The notes under the pieces: model-generated
The model's input: only the letters and a program-made list of their open reading frames with translations
What the model was told of the DNA's origin: nothing
The model's database searches: none
Shown: positions 41,601 to 53,825 of the stretch, piece by piece
Layout: each line of letters starts with the position of its first letter
Position numbering within the stretch: the first letter of the stretch is position 1
NCBI GenBank assembly: GCA_002269645.1
Contig: NIVC01000149.1
Coordinates: 62,001 to 126,000 of the forward strand
Source: Macrostomum lignano
Taxonomy: Eukaryota
Direction: 5' to 3'
Length of the DNA stretch: 64,000 nucleotides
Translations under genes and position numbers: made by a program

Positions 41601-44600
41601 CAAAGAGAGGCGCCGGCAGCGGTGCGCACGCACAGCGCAGACAGGGGCGCAGCATTAAAGAAGAGCCGCATGCAGTTCTTATCGCAGTTCGGCGGGTTTT
41701 ATAGCGCGGCTTAGCCGTGGCAGGTGCGCCGGGCCAGAAATTCGCTTATCTCCCCTTCCCCGCCCCGCGCCGCCTCTCTCACTTTAAGTCTGTTGTTGCA
41801 TTTTGTCTGTCGGATGTTGTTAGCGCTTCTGGGCTAACAGGGAGGTCAGGGGCTTTGCTGAGCTGCTTTTTCCGACTATGAGAGTATAATATTTGCTTCC
41901 TTTTATGGATTGAACATTTCCCCATTTTCACCTGTGGATTCTGGAGTGCCAGTTATTGATCTGTGGAGTGCCAGTAATTGATCTGTGGAGTGCCAGTTAT
42001 TGATCTGTGGAGTGCCAGTTATTGATCTGTGGAGTGCCAGTTATTGATCTGTGGAGTGCCAGTAATTGATCTGTGGAGTGCCAGTAATTGATCTGTGGAG
42101 TGCCAGTTATTGATCTGTGGAGTGCCAGTTACTGATCTGTGGAGTGCCAGTTATTGATCTGTGGAGTGCCAGTTATTGATCTGTGGAGTGCCAGTTACTG
42201 ATCTGTGGAGTGCCAGTTATTGATCTGTGGAGTGCCAGTTATTGATCTTTGGAGTGCCAGTAATTGATCTGTGGAGTGCCAGAATCACACTATCCTTCAA
42301 AAAAGCAAAACTGTAAAGCAGGACTGGCGGGAAAGAATTATTTTGGAACTCATCAAAACACCATAGATATGAAATTTGAGAACACATTGTTTGGTGTTTT
42401 CGTATTAAAAAACAGCGCCATCAAAGCCCCTATTAGCTCTTGGCTTGCCCGCATCAAAACTCAACGACTGTGCAAGGCGAACAGCTTAGCAAACCGAGCA
42501 TTGACAGCGTTTTGACGAGATGATATTGGTACGGAATACAGGGAAGTCGCGGTTGCTGGGTTCCATAGACACCGCTCACTTTTCACTGCCTGCCCATTTA
42601 ACCCTATGAACACTGTTAGCTAAAAGAGATTAAGCTAAGGGGGGTATTTGTATAAACTGAATGATATGATAAGGATCGGATCCGAATTATTCGGATAACA
42701 GATGCCTGCAGCCTCCATCATCGTACTCACCTGCTCATTATCGGTGTGTTTTCTTTAATACTTAGCCGATATTATCAGCCAATATTGGCTGAAAAGGCAG
42801 ACAAATTTCACTCGCTGCTCAATGCACTGCTCAAGTTGAAATTCATTTTTTAAAGCCCGAATAGAAGTTTCCATGGACTTGGAACTGGTTACACTGCGCA
42901 GCTTGGAGACCTCCCGATTCCCAGACACGTCCCGGAAAATCGTTCCCACACACGCATCGCCAGCCGCTGTTGCCATCTGCATCAAGTCAAGGCGGAAAAC
43001 TTAAAGGGCTGACATGGTTATAGTGAGCAGAAGTTGAGTTCGACTCGGAATAGACCGGGACGGGCGGGGCTCTCGGGTTGCGACAGTTTTATGGCGCGGC
43101 GCCCAGGAGCGGAAAATCCGATCTCTCCGATCTCAGAGAGAAGCCGCTTCTGAGCTGGGCTCTGAGTCCCTGCACTCCAACTGGGCTGCGCACCACGGTT
43201 TTCCCAAGCTTGCTTGCAACAATATCCTGCAATGAATGCTCAAGTCAGTGTGGGGAGGCCACGAACCAAACAACCTGCGTTACATAATACATTAACAAGT
43301 TTATTGTGCCAGAGAAACTGATACACTTCTGGCGCCAACACTGATGCTCTGGATCCTTGCTTTTTGCCTTATCAATAATTTCCACCTTTTTGGAACAAAA
43401 ATTATTGCCAAGGCCCAGTCTCCCAACGGGATGAAAGGTGCGCGCAAGAGACGATGGGGCTGCGTCTTTGTCAAGGATGAAATATGCCTTTTTAGCTCTG
43501 CCTTTTTTACAAGCGCCGCCCATGCAGGTCCGATGGCACTTCCCCGCTGGGATTTCCTGTTGTGGTTGAACAAATTTCTGCGAATAAAGAAGCCTCTCTA
43601 TTTTGGAACCGCGCGAGTTTTCAAAAAAAGCAGCAGACTTTTCAGCAGGGGGGGGGGCTTGGCCTGTCTTCAAAGTGGCACAGCCCGCCTGCCTTCTCCG
43701 GCGGCCGCGGCTTCTCCGAATTTTCCGCATCCCGCCAGCCGCCCCTTCGTTTCCCCTCTCTTTGGGGCGGGAGGCAATAAAAGTCAACTGCACGCGGCTT
43801 GCAGAAATGAGCGCCACTTTTCCGGCCTGGGGCTCTGAATATCAAAGCACTCGGGCCGCTCCCAGGTGACCGCTTGAATCCCCTGTGCCTTGGCTGCCTT
43901 CTCTTTGTGTCTTTTTACACCGAAATTGAACTTTTTACACCGGGTTAGTGGCAGATCACTGAGGGATCGGGAGGGGTTAGTGGCAGATCACTGAGGGGTC
44001 GGGAGGGGTTAGTGGCAGATCACTGAGGGATCGGGAGGGGTTAGCGGCAGATCACTGAGGGATCGGGAGGGGTTAGTGGCAGATCACTGAGGGATCGGCA
44101 GGGGTTAGCGGCAGTTCACTGAGGGATCGGGAGGGGTTAGCGGCAGTTCACTGACGGATCGGCAGGGGTTAGCGGCAGTTCACTGACGGATCGGGAGGGG
44201 TTAGCGGCAGTTCACTGAGGGATCGGGAGGGGTTAGCGGCAGATCACTGAGGGATCGGGAAGGGTTAGCGGCAGTTCACTGACGGATCGGGAGGGGTTAG
44301 CGGCAGTTCACTAAATGATCGGCAGGGTGTAGCGGCAGTTCACTGAAAGACCAAACTTCCACAATGAGACAATAATGCGAGCCCGTCTTCAATTCCGCAG
44401 AGATGAAGACTCGGACTCAGGACAAGTATAGGCAGGTGTACAGCTCGCATCAGCGTTTCGAGCTGGAGAAGGAGTACCACTTTCAAAAGTACATCAGCAC
44501 CGCGCGCAAATCCGAGCTATCAAAGACGCTTCGTTTGTCGGAAAGACAGGTGAGTCGGCTCATCTTTAGCAAGTAGCATCTTGTCTGCATATAGGACGCT

Positions 44601-44835
44601 AAAATCTCCCCGGGTGTCCTTAGGTGACCCTATCAATAGTCGCCAACCCACCCCCGAACCGCAGATCAAGATCTGGTTCCAGAACAGGCGGGCCAAGGAG
44701 CGCCGGCAGAGGAAGAACCAGCAGCGCGGCGGCCTCCCCGAAAGTCCGCAGTCGACGCCCGACTTGGAGCAGTTCGTGCAGGAGAGCGCAGCGCAGGAGC
44801 TCCAGCAGCAGCTGGTCAAGCAGGAGGGTCGCTAG
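38632..44835 (+). CDS. cdx: Caudal-type ParaHox homeodomain protein, about 324 aa
   Basis: Exons 38632-39286, 44401-44549 and 44665-44835 (phases 1 and 0, 975 nt). The homeobox region [48 protein letters not shown]|[14 protein letters not shown] has the Cdx-specific KTRTxDKYR arm and RAKER end, and the intron positions match Cdx genes. ATG 38632 versus 38638 is unresolved. Confidence 0.92.
40660..41290 (+). repeat. 21-bp minisatellite (TTTAGAAATCGGGATTCAATA), cdx intron 1
   Basis: About 30 units. Confidence 0.96.
41950..42282 (+). repeat. 22-bp minisatellite (CTGTGGAGTGCCAGTTATTGAT), cdx intron 1
   Basis: About 15 units. Confidence 0.96.
43944..44345 (+). repeat. 32-bp minisatellite (GGGGTTAGYGGCAGWTCACTGASGGATCGGGA), cdx intron 1
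   Basis: About 12 units ending ~55 bp before exon 2. Confidence 0.95.
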
Positions 44836-44943
44836 CGCCTCCCTGCAGAGCGCAGTGAGCTGAGCTTTCAATACGGCTGCATCCAGCAGCTGACAGGTGA
44901 GCTAACGCTCTTTACTTTGGAGTTTGTTTAAGCATAGCGGTGT

Positions 44944-45306
44944 ATTAGCAGCAGATGACGCTATACACAATTAGCTACAGATGGCGCCAAACACAATCAG
45001 CTACAGATGGCGCCAAACATAATTAGCTACAGATGGCGCCAAACACAAGCAGCAGCAGATGACGCTAAACACAATTAGCTACATAGGGCGCCAAACACAA
45101 TTAGCTACAGATGGCGCCAAGCACAATTAGCTACAGATGGCGCCAAACACAATTAGCCACAGATGGCGCCAAACACAATTAGCTACAGATGGCGCCAAGC
45201 ACAATTAGCTACATAGGGCGCCAAACACAATTAGCTACAGATGGCGCTAAACACAATTAGCTACATAGGGCGCCAAGCACAATTAGCTACAGAGGGCGCC
45301 AAACAG
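44944..45306 (+). repeat. 26-bp minisatellite (AATTAGCTACAGATGGCGCCAAACAC) 3' of cdx
   Basis: About 14 units. Confidence 0.95.
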
Positions 45307-45910
45307 GGATATTTGATAGAACAGACCGAATTCTAAGCCTGTGGAATCGCTGTCAAAGGCATTAATATGTTTAGAAAACTCACTCTATGTCTCCAAGGTC
45401 TCCATCAACCCAAATGGCCACTTTCTTCTCATTGATTGCAGCCAAGCTCACCAATGCATGGCGCTACAGAACTCTTCAACTACCCTGCAAGTGTCTTTGA
45501 CTGCGTGACGCACCACCAAGCCAGCTACAATCGCTAAACCAATCAATCATTGAATCAGTCAGCAGTTTCAGCCGTACATACATGTATAGTGAACTACTCA
45601 CCTTGTTATCAAATAATCGTAATACACTTCCAAACCAAGAAGCCCTTTTGTGTCTGTTGTCCTCACGCTGTCCAGTGCGTTGGCCAGTCCAAGTCTTGTA
45701 CATAGTATTCATTCGGCCCTGCGTCCAAGTTCTGCGCACCTGAGAAAGCCATTTTCGAGATATTTCTGTGCACTCGATTTTTAACTGTCTCTCACACTTT
45801 ACTGAATGCGTATGTACATGCTGACTGCTGGGCTTAGCTATGCTTTGCACTTTTAGTATTAACAGGCGTACAGATGCGAATCTGCAAACTTTAATAGCTT
45901 AAATCACTGA

Positions 45911-45912
45911 CC

Positions 45913-45947
<35 letters not shown>

Positions 45948-45956
45948 GTCTGTCTG

Positions 45957-45989
<33 letters not shown>

Positions 45990-46005
45990 GCTGTCTGTCT
46001 GTCTG

Positions 46006-46038
<33 letters not shown>

Positions 46039-46063
46039 GCTGTCTGTCTGTCTGTCTGTCTGC

Positions 46064-46142
<79 letters not shown>

Positions 46143-46201
46143 GTCTGTCTGTGTCTGTCTGTCTGTCTGTCTGTCTGCTGTCTGTCTGTCTGTCTGTCTG
46201 C

Positions 46202-46274
<73 letters not shown>

Positions 46275-46338
46275 GCTGTCTGTCTGTCTGCTGTCTGTCT
46301 GTCTGTCTGTCTGTCTGTCTGACTGTCTGTCTGACTGT
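45911..46338 (-). repeat. (GACA)n microsatellite, minus strand
   Basis: (TGTC)n on the plus strand. Confidence 0.98.
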
Positions 46339-46621
46339 CTACGACTTCTGCCCGCAGTTGCAGCCGCGCACGCACAGTCCTCCTGTCATATCCGAAACCC
46401 GACCTCTCTCCGTTTCTGTTTGCGTTTGTTTGTTTTGCTGAATATAAATTAGCGCTTAAAATATACATCTTGGAGATGGCGTAGACAAATGCGCAGGTAT
46501 TTCCAGCAATTGCTGCTCCAACACATACTTGTAATTAATAATAATTATATTTTAGAAATTCAAATTCCAGTAGAGGCAGACATTGATTTCTTTTATTTGC
46601 TACGTAAAGTTGCTACGGCCC

Positions 46622-46900
46622 TGATCTATAGGACTTTCCCTGGTCTATAAGACTCCCTGGTCTATAGGACTCCCCTGGTCTATAGGACTCCCTGGTCTAT
46701 AGGACTCCCTGGTCTATAGGACTCCCTGGTCTATAGGACTCCCTGGTCTATAGGACTCCCTGGTCTATAGGACTCCCTGGTCTATAGGACTCCCCTGGTC
46801 TATAGGACTCCCTGGTCTATAGGACTCCCTGGTCTATAGGACTCCCTGGTCTATAGGACTCCCTGGTCTATAGGACTCCCTGGTCTATAGGACGCCCTGG
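46622..46900 (+). repeat. 17-bp minisatellite (GACTCCCTGGTCTATAG)
   Basis: About 16 units. Confidence 0.96.
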
Positions 46901-48454
46901 ATACTGAATTCCGGAGGCCCAAGCCAAGTCCGCACTGAACAAGTACCAAAGCTGATCATGGCAGCGGATCGCTGCTTGATGACAGCGCGCGGGTCCCCCC
47001 GCTCCCTAGCTTAGCAACTATAAGCGGCCCAGCAGAGAAGGGGCGGCCAGACACGACAACAACATAAGCCACCCTATGGGCTGGTGTCTCTCCATTTTGA
47101 GTTTTTATTGCTGCCCCCCCCCAGCCCGGCAAAGAAATGACTTCATTTCAGACCGGATTTTTTAGCCAGCGCTGCATGGGTCCGATGGCTTGGCAGGCAA
47201 CCCCACACACACTGGTAGGTAATTCTGCCACTCTCAGCCTGCCTAAAGATGAAGGAAGGTGAGAGGGATATGCCGGCCTGCCTGTGCGGCGCGGGGTGCC
47301 ATAAAACTTTGAAATGCCAGTCCAGCATCCCTACCCCCTGCATCAAGCTCGCCCCTGCGCCATCGAGTTATAGAGGCCCTTTCATCCGAGCCGCCTGCAC
47401 CCACCCTACCTCACACAGAAAAAAGTGAGCAAAAGGCACAATAGAAATTGAAACTGTTTTTTTTCTTTGACTCCAGGCCGCACAGCTCAACATACTGTGA
47501 GCAACTGTTTAACACTATCCTTAATGCAACTGTGCTCAGATGAGTTTAGTCACCAATTACCAGGGAAAAGTTCCCATGCTCGGCCAGCGGCCAGGGGGTT
47601 TAACACTGCCGGCCACCTCGCAGTGCCCTCGCAGTGCGAAGTTAACTTTGGCTAAGGGAGTGAGAGAGTGAGAGAGTGCGGCCCAGTCTGAATGGGAATG
47701 AACCATTCTCAACCAATTTACTTCTCTTTGAAGTTTGCCGCCACTACCGCCGCCGCCCTGCCAAGCCCACGCCAGCCAGAAAGCCGGCCGCCTGAAATTT
47801 ATGCTGGATTGGACTGGCCGGAGCCCCCGCCCACTCTGCCCCGCTCTGCCCGCCTCCCGCTCTGGCCGCTAAAACACAACAGCAGCTTTAGTGGGGACCG
47901 CAGCGGCCATTAAAATGATTTCTAAAGCGCCAGGCCAAGGGCCAACAACTGCACCCGAGCCTCACTGGCGCTGCACCGCAGCTTGGACCATTATTGCACA
48001 TTGCATTTCGGATTTAGAAAGTCATCCCTTGCCAGCTGGGGGACCAGAGGCGCAGCGCATGCTTGCAGTCTGGAATTCTTGCATTTGAGCTGCTGAGCAT
48101 GAGAAGTGAAAGCTGCGCAGGAAGTAAATATTTGGTCTTTGAGCTGTGAATTTGTTTAAGTATAGTTGCAATTATAATTTGATTTAGTTAAAACGAAATT
48201 TACTAATTCGTTTCCAGGTCATTATTTGAGATTATATGACTAGCAACGTTAGCCCCGCCTCTGAGGATGAAATTAAAATTAATCATATTTACATTTATAT
48301 TCAGATTTTCTGGATACACGTACAGAATCTCACATTACTCCAGCTTGATCTCCAGCAGAAGCCCTTGAGTTAAGATTTCCTCCTATAGATATCAAGTTGA
48401 AGTTCCTAGTGACGAGATCTACAAGGGGTGCCGCTGACAGATATATAGGAGTAC

Positions 48455-49400
48455 AGGTGAGGGGAGCTGCAGATCTATAGGATTACAGGTGAGGGAAGCT
48501 GCAGATCTATAGGATTACAGGGGAGGAAAGCTGCAGATCTATAGGATTACAGGTGAGGGAAGCTGCAGATCTATAGGATTACAGGTGAGGGAAGCTGCAG
48601 ATCTATAGGATTACAGGGGAGGGAAGCGGCAGATCTATAGGATTACAGGGGAGGGAAGCTGCAGATCTATAGGATTACAGGGGAGGGAAGCTGCAGATCT
48701 ATAGGATTACAGGGGAGGGAAGCTGCAGATCTATAGGATTACAGGGGAGGGAAGCTGCAGATCTATAGGATTACAGGGGAGGGAAGCTGCAGATCTATAG
48801 GATTACAGGGGAGGGAAGCTGCAGATCTATAGGATTACAGGGAAAGAGAGCTGCAGATCTATAGGATTACAGGGAAAGAGAGCTGCAGATCTATAGGATT
48901 ACAGGGAAAGAGAGCTGCAGATCTATAGGATTACAGGGAAAGAGAGCTGCAGATCTATAGGATTACAGGGAAAGAGAGCTGCAAATCTATAGGATTACAG
49001 GGAAAGAGAGCTGCAAATCTATAGGATTACAGGGAAAGAGAGCTGCAAATCTATAGGATTACAGGGAAAGAGAGCTGCAAATCTATAGGATTACAGGGGA
49101 GGGAAGCTGCAGATCTATAGGATTACAGGGAAAGAGAGCTGCAGATCTATAGGATTACAGGGAAAGAGAGCTGCAAATCTATAGGATTACAGGGAAAGAG
49201 AGCTGCAAATCTATAGGATTACAGGGAAAGAGAGCTGCAAATCTATAGGATTACAGGGAAAGAGAGCTGCAGATCTATAGGATTACAGGGAAAGAGAGCT
49301 GCAGATCTATAGGATTACAGGGGAGGGAAGCTGCAGATCTATAGGATTACAGGGGAGGGAAGCTGCAGATCTATAGGATTACAGGGGAGGGAAGCTGCAG
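48455..49400 (+). repeat. 32-bp minisatellite (GCTGCAGATCTATAGGATTACAGGG...)
   Basis: About 29 units in subvariant blocks. Confidence 0.97.
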
Positions 49401-50543
49401 AGGAGAAATTGCTTGCCAGAACACGGGATCATAATAAATGATCTGAGCACAGCTCTAATCGCATTCGCCATGCTCCGCCAGCCCGTACCGCGGTGAATAA
49501 AAGAACAGCAGCTTTTGTTTCTGATTCTGCTAGAAACAATTTCAATATCAGTTGCTATGCAGCTCAAAGTGGGTCAACAATTCAAGACTGAGATATAGTT
49601 TACGAGCATTGAGTCGCGTGCTCACACCTCATAAACGAGAGGCTGCTCCAGGTACCAGGTGGCTTTAGATTCGGTCTATCTAGTAGCGATAGAGATCTGT
49701 GCTGTATTTGCTTGAGACAATAAATCACCACGGATCAGGGCTCACGAGGGGTTGGGCAGGCAGTCACTTCTGCCTGCCAGTGTGGCAGCTTATTTATGGC
49801 ACCCTGTGTGTCGATGGGAATCGTCTCATTTAGCCTTGTTTTATTCCCCATTCTCCTTGATTTTCACCCCCCTTGGTCACCGCCACGCTTGGGATATTTT
49901 TGTGGTAACAAAAAGCGCCACTTCATACTGATTTTCGGGGAAATCAGTTGGTCCCAACAGAAATTCTCCCCTCAGCCGAGCATCTTCTGTCGTGACCGCC
50001 CGGGGGGGCAATGCCAAATAATTTTACAATGAGATTTTATTTACTGCCCGTATCCATGCCGTCACATCGAAAGCCAAAGTCGAGCTATATTATAGTTCAC
50101 CTGGCAACTAACTGAACCAACAATAACCCGGACGGACAGCTAGTTAGCTTTCCCGCGAAATGTAGCCGGGGGTTGCGATACAGGCTGCCCGCGCTACACC
50201 TTAGATAAATGTATAAGTGAAACAACACCCACTTCAAGCCACTTGTACGCCAAGGCGCTACTCTTTACACTTCAATGCGTAACGGGGAAATTTTTGACAG
50301 GTGAAAACACACTTGAGGTGTGCGCATGGAAACATATGGCACTTGCATTTATAGTGGTCTGTATGTTTACTATTGCATTTACTCCCGTTTTGATGCCAGT
50401 TGAACCCGATTTCGGTAATATATGATTTTACCTGTCTGGCTGCAGTGTTACTGATCGAATTTCGGCCTACAGGTAGGAATAAAGGGGAGTCAGGAGCAGA
50501 GTAACTTGACCAATGGATCGGATTGTTCATAAATGGCTAAAAA

Positions 50544-50932
50544 GTGGGTCAGGTCATATAGGATGGAGGGTCAAGTAGTGGGTCAGGTCATATAGGATGG
50601 AGGGTCAAGTAGTGGGTCAGGTCATATAGGATGGAGGGTCAAGTAGTGGGTCAGGTCATATAGGATGGAGGGTCAAGTAGTGGGTCAGGTCATATAGGAT
50701 GGAGGGTCAAGTAGTGGGTCAGGTCATATAGATTTAATGTCAGGTAGTGGGTCAGGTCATATAGATGAAGCGTCAAGTCAAGTAGTGGGTCACGTCATAT
50801 AGATGGAGGGTCAAGTCAAGTAGTGGGTCAGGTCATATCGATGGAGGGTCAAGTAGTGGGTCAGGTCATATCGATGGAGGGTCAAGTAGTGGGTCAGGTC
50901 ATATCGATGGAGGGTCAAGTAGTGGGTCAGGC
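50544..50932 (+). repeat. 34-bp minisatellite (GTGGGTCAGGTCATATAGGATGGAGGGTCAAGTA)
   Basis: About 11 units. Confidence 0.94.
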
Positions 50933-52055
50933 CCCTTGACGAAGGGTCCGGTCGCAAACAGGTAAATCATGGATATGAATAAATTGATGAAAATACAACT
51001 ATAGGGAGTGGGGATCAGATCATATGGAGGTGGTGGAGGGGTCACAGTGAGCTCAACTGAGTTGAATCTAATGCAATCCTAAAAAACCTGTCATATTTAA
51101 GCAGATGCTATTGCAGGTCAAGTCCCAGTAAAACCGGACTCCCACCTCCACTGCTGCTTGTCTCGACTTGACAGCCATCCGCGCAGTTGACAGGAGGGCG
51201 CGCCCCATGGTCAAGTCAATGCTAAATGTCTCCAATGTCCATATGCAGCATAATCTTTGTCGGCTCGTCATCAAAGGCAAGAAGACCAAACCTTCCCTTT
51301 CTGCTTGGCGAAAGCAAAATCGAGAAGAGGGCAGCCTTCTTGACATCAATTTCCACCATGCCGTTTCCGGATTTCTGCTATCTTCATCAAGCCAGCCCGG
51401 CAGCTGCAGCAGGTCCTTACAGAGCCGCCATATATTTTATTTTTTTCTCTCTCTAAAAGTTTGTAGAGCAGCAGACACCCGAGCTGCAGCGTCTGTCTCC
51501 CCCGCCCCCCCTGCAGGAATTCTTAATTAACCGGCTTAAGAGTTGACCCGCAGCGGGGTGCGGGAGGGGAGCAGAAGATCAAACAAATGGCCGCTCTCTC
51601 ACACTTCAGTTCACGCGTCTCTTAATAAGGCGGGGGTTGGGGGGCGCCGGCATAAATCCTCAAAGTCTGACACGTTGAGGGAGATTTATCCCCTTTGCTG
51701 GGTATCTCGCTGCTGTCCTGCCTGCCTGCCTGCCGGTCCTCTTTGTTGCAGAAAAAAGTCGTTTAATGCAGCGAGGGGTTCGGCACGTGCGGCAAATGAA
51801 AATCGCAGCACAGCATATCTGTTTTCTTGTTAGTTTGTTTGCTTCACCACATGACCTGAGCTTGAGTAGCGCTAGCAGCGCGTTACAAGTTGCCTTTCAA
51901 CACGTGACCGCCTGTGAAAAATTTAATCTGCGTCAATTGTCACTTGTGAACGTGAAATATTTCAAGTTGAAACATAAGTGAATGCAACACAGTCTATTAC
52001 TACAACTATACAAATACATCAGTGGAAACAAAGTGAATAACACACTATTCACAGA

Positions 52056-52435
52056 ATCACGTGTCCGTGACCGTGAGCACAGCTCACTATTCACAGTATC
52101 ACGTGACCCTGAGAACAGCTCACTATTCACAGTATCACGTGACCGTGAGCACAGCTCACTATTCACAGTATCACGTGACCGTGAGCACAGCTCACTATTC
52201 ACAGTATCACGTGACCCTGAGAACAGCTCACTATTCACAGTATCACGTGACCGTGAGAACAGCTCACTATTCACAGTATCACGTGACCGTGAGAACAGCT
52301 AACTATTCACAGTATCACGTGACCGTGAGAACAGCTCACTATTCACAGTATCACGTGACCGTGAGAACAGCTCACTATTCACAGTATCACGTGACCGTGA
52401 GAACAGCTCACTATTCGCAGTATCACGTGATCATG
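52056..52435 (+). repeat. 36-bp minisatellite (CACAGTATCACGTGACCGTGAGAACAGCTCACTATT)
   Basis: About 10.5 units. Confidence 0.96.
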
Positions 52436-53717
52436 AACATAAACAGCCAGAAATTAATAACTGGTTTAAGAAATTAAAAAAGGAACTCCAACCAGTCCAT
52501 GCAGAGCCCTTAACAGTCTGGCCCCCAACCGGCTGTCTCTCGATCAAAGATATCCAAAAACAGGCCACGCAGTCAGACTGCAACTGCGTCTGTAGCAACG
52601 AACTACACAGAGGTATTTTTCTTTCAAGATGCGCCTCCCCACTCTCCCAATAAATAGTTTCACGCACACGCTCCATAGTAGCCATTTGTTCACAGACTTA
52701 TCGATATAACTGTGATGCGCGCAGGCGTTTGCCTGTCAATTCGCACCATTGGGTGCAGCGGCATTCCATTGACATCGCAGACGCACAGACAGGCGGACAG
52801 ACAGAAATGAGCTATTACGTCACACGGCGATGTCAGCTTTCCCTATACGAGCTGAAGGCTCCAGATAACGGCAATAAAACCTACGGCACTAAAGAAAGAA
52901 ATCTCCGCTTGTCTCCGGGGCGGGGAGATGAGGCCGAACTGGAAATCCGGTCGACAAACCTGACACATGCGCAGTGTGATCAAAGTCAAACTTGTGCACG
53001 TGAAGAAGACAAACTTCCGCTAAGTAACCGCCTTCCTGTCTGGCCCGCTTGATTGCATTTCTAGCAATTGCCTACTTTGTGAAACAGAACTAGCAGTTTC
53101 AAATGTTTTTTATTCAACACGCTTGATTCTAACCGTACTACTCATTTGGATAAGTAGATAGTAGCGAACAGGAATACAAAAAAGCGCGAAAATTTGTGAT
53201 TTTTAGCATCAGGGGCGGCCCACCACTGAAGACTTCGCACAGTGGTCCTCACCCTATCAGGAGCAACCCACTCTGAAGACCTGAGGGGTCAGGAGCGGCC
53301 CACTACTGAAGACCTGAGAGGTCAGGAGCGGCCCATTGAAGCGGCAGAGTCTCAGAGTACAATAAATCTGTACAACCCAAGAAAAATGTTTACAGCTGTT
53401 ATCATGTCTTGTTTTTACATTATTCTAATTTCATTCTGCTACTAACAGTAGTGCTGTAATTTATAAGCAAAAAATATGAAGAACATACCAGAGACACGAG
53501 TTGTTTTTTTCGTTTAAATACAAGTTTCTACGGTGAGAACAGTGCACATTATACTTCGTAACCAATAGTTTTAGCAGAAATTAGTCTAATATTTCACAGA
53601 TTAAAATTGCAAAAAACGCCATCGTTACTACTACTTGTTGCTATAGTAATCACAGGAGAGTGCAGTATGAGGATGGAGTCAGCAAAAAATTTTGAGGAAG
53701 TAAATAGGTACAATGAA

Positions 53718-53825
53718 GTCAGTCAGTCAGTCAGTCAGTCAGTCAGTCAGTCAGTCAGTCAGTCAGTCAGTCAGTCAGTCAGTCAGTCAGTCAGTCAGTC
53801 AGTCAGTCAGTCAGTCAGTCAGTCA
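53718..53825 (+). repeat. (AGTC)n microsatellite
   Basis: Seen directly. Confidence 0.97.

Noticed and set aside
53225-53345. Hammerhead-like CTGAAGA followed by a CCTGA/TCAGG hairpin, repeated
   Set aside because: The required GAAA after stem II is absent. Likewise GACGAAAC in the 54.6-54.9k repeat has no CTGANGA partner.
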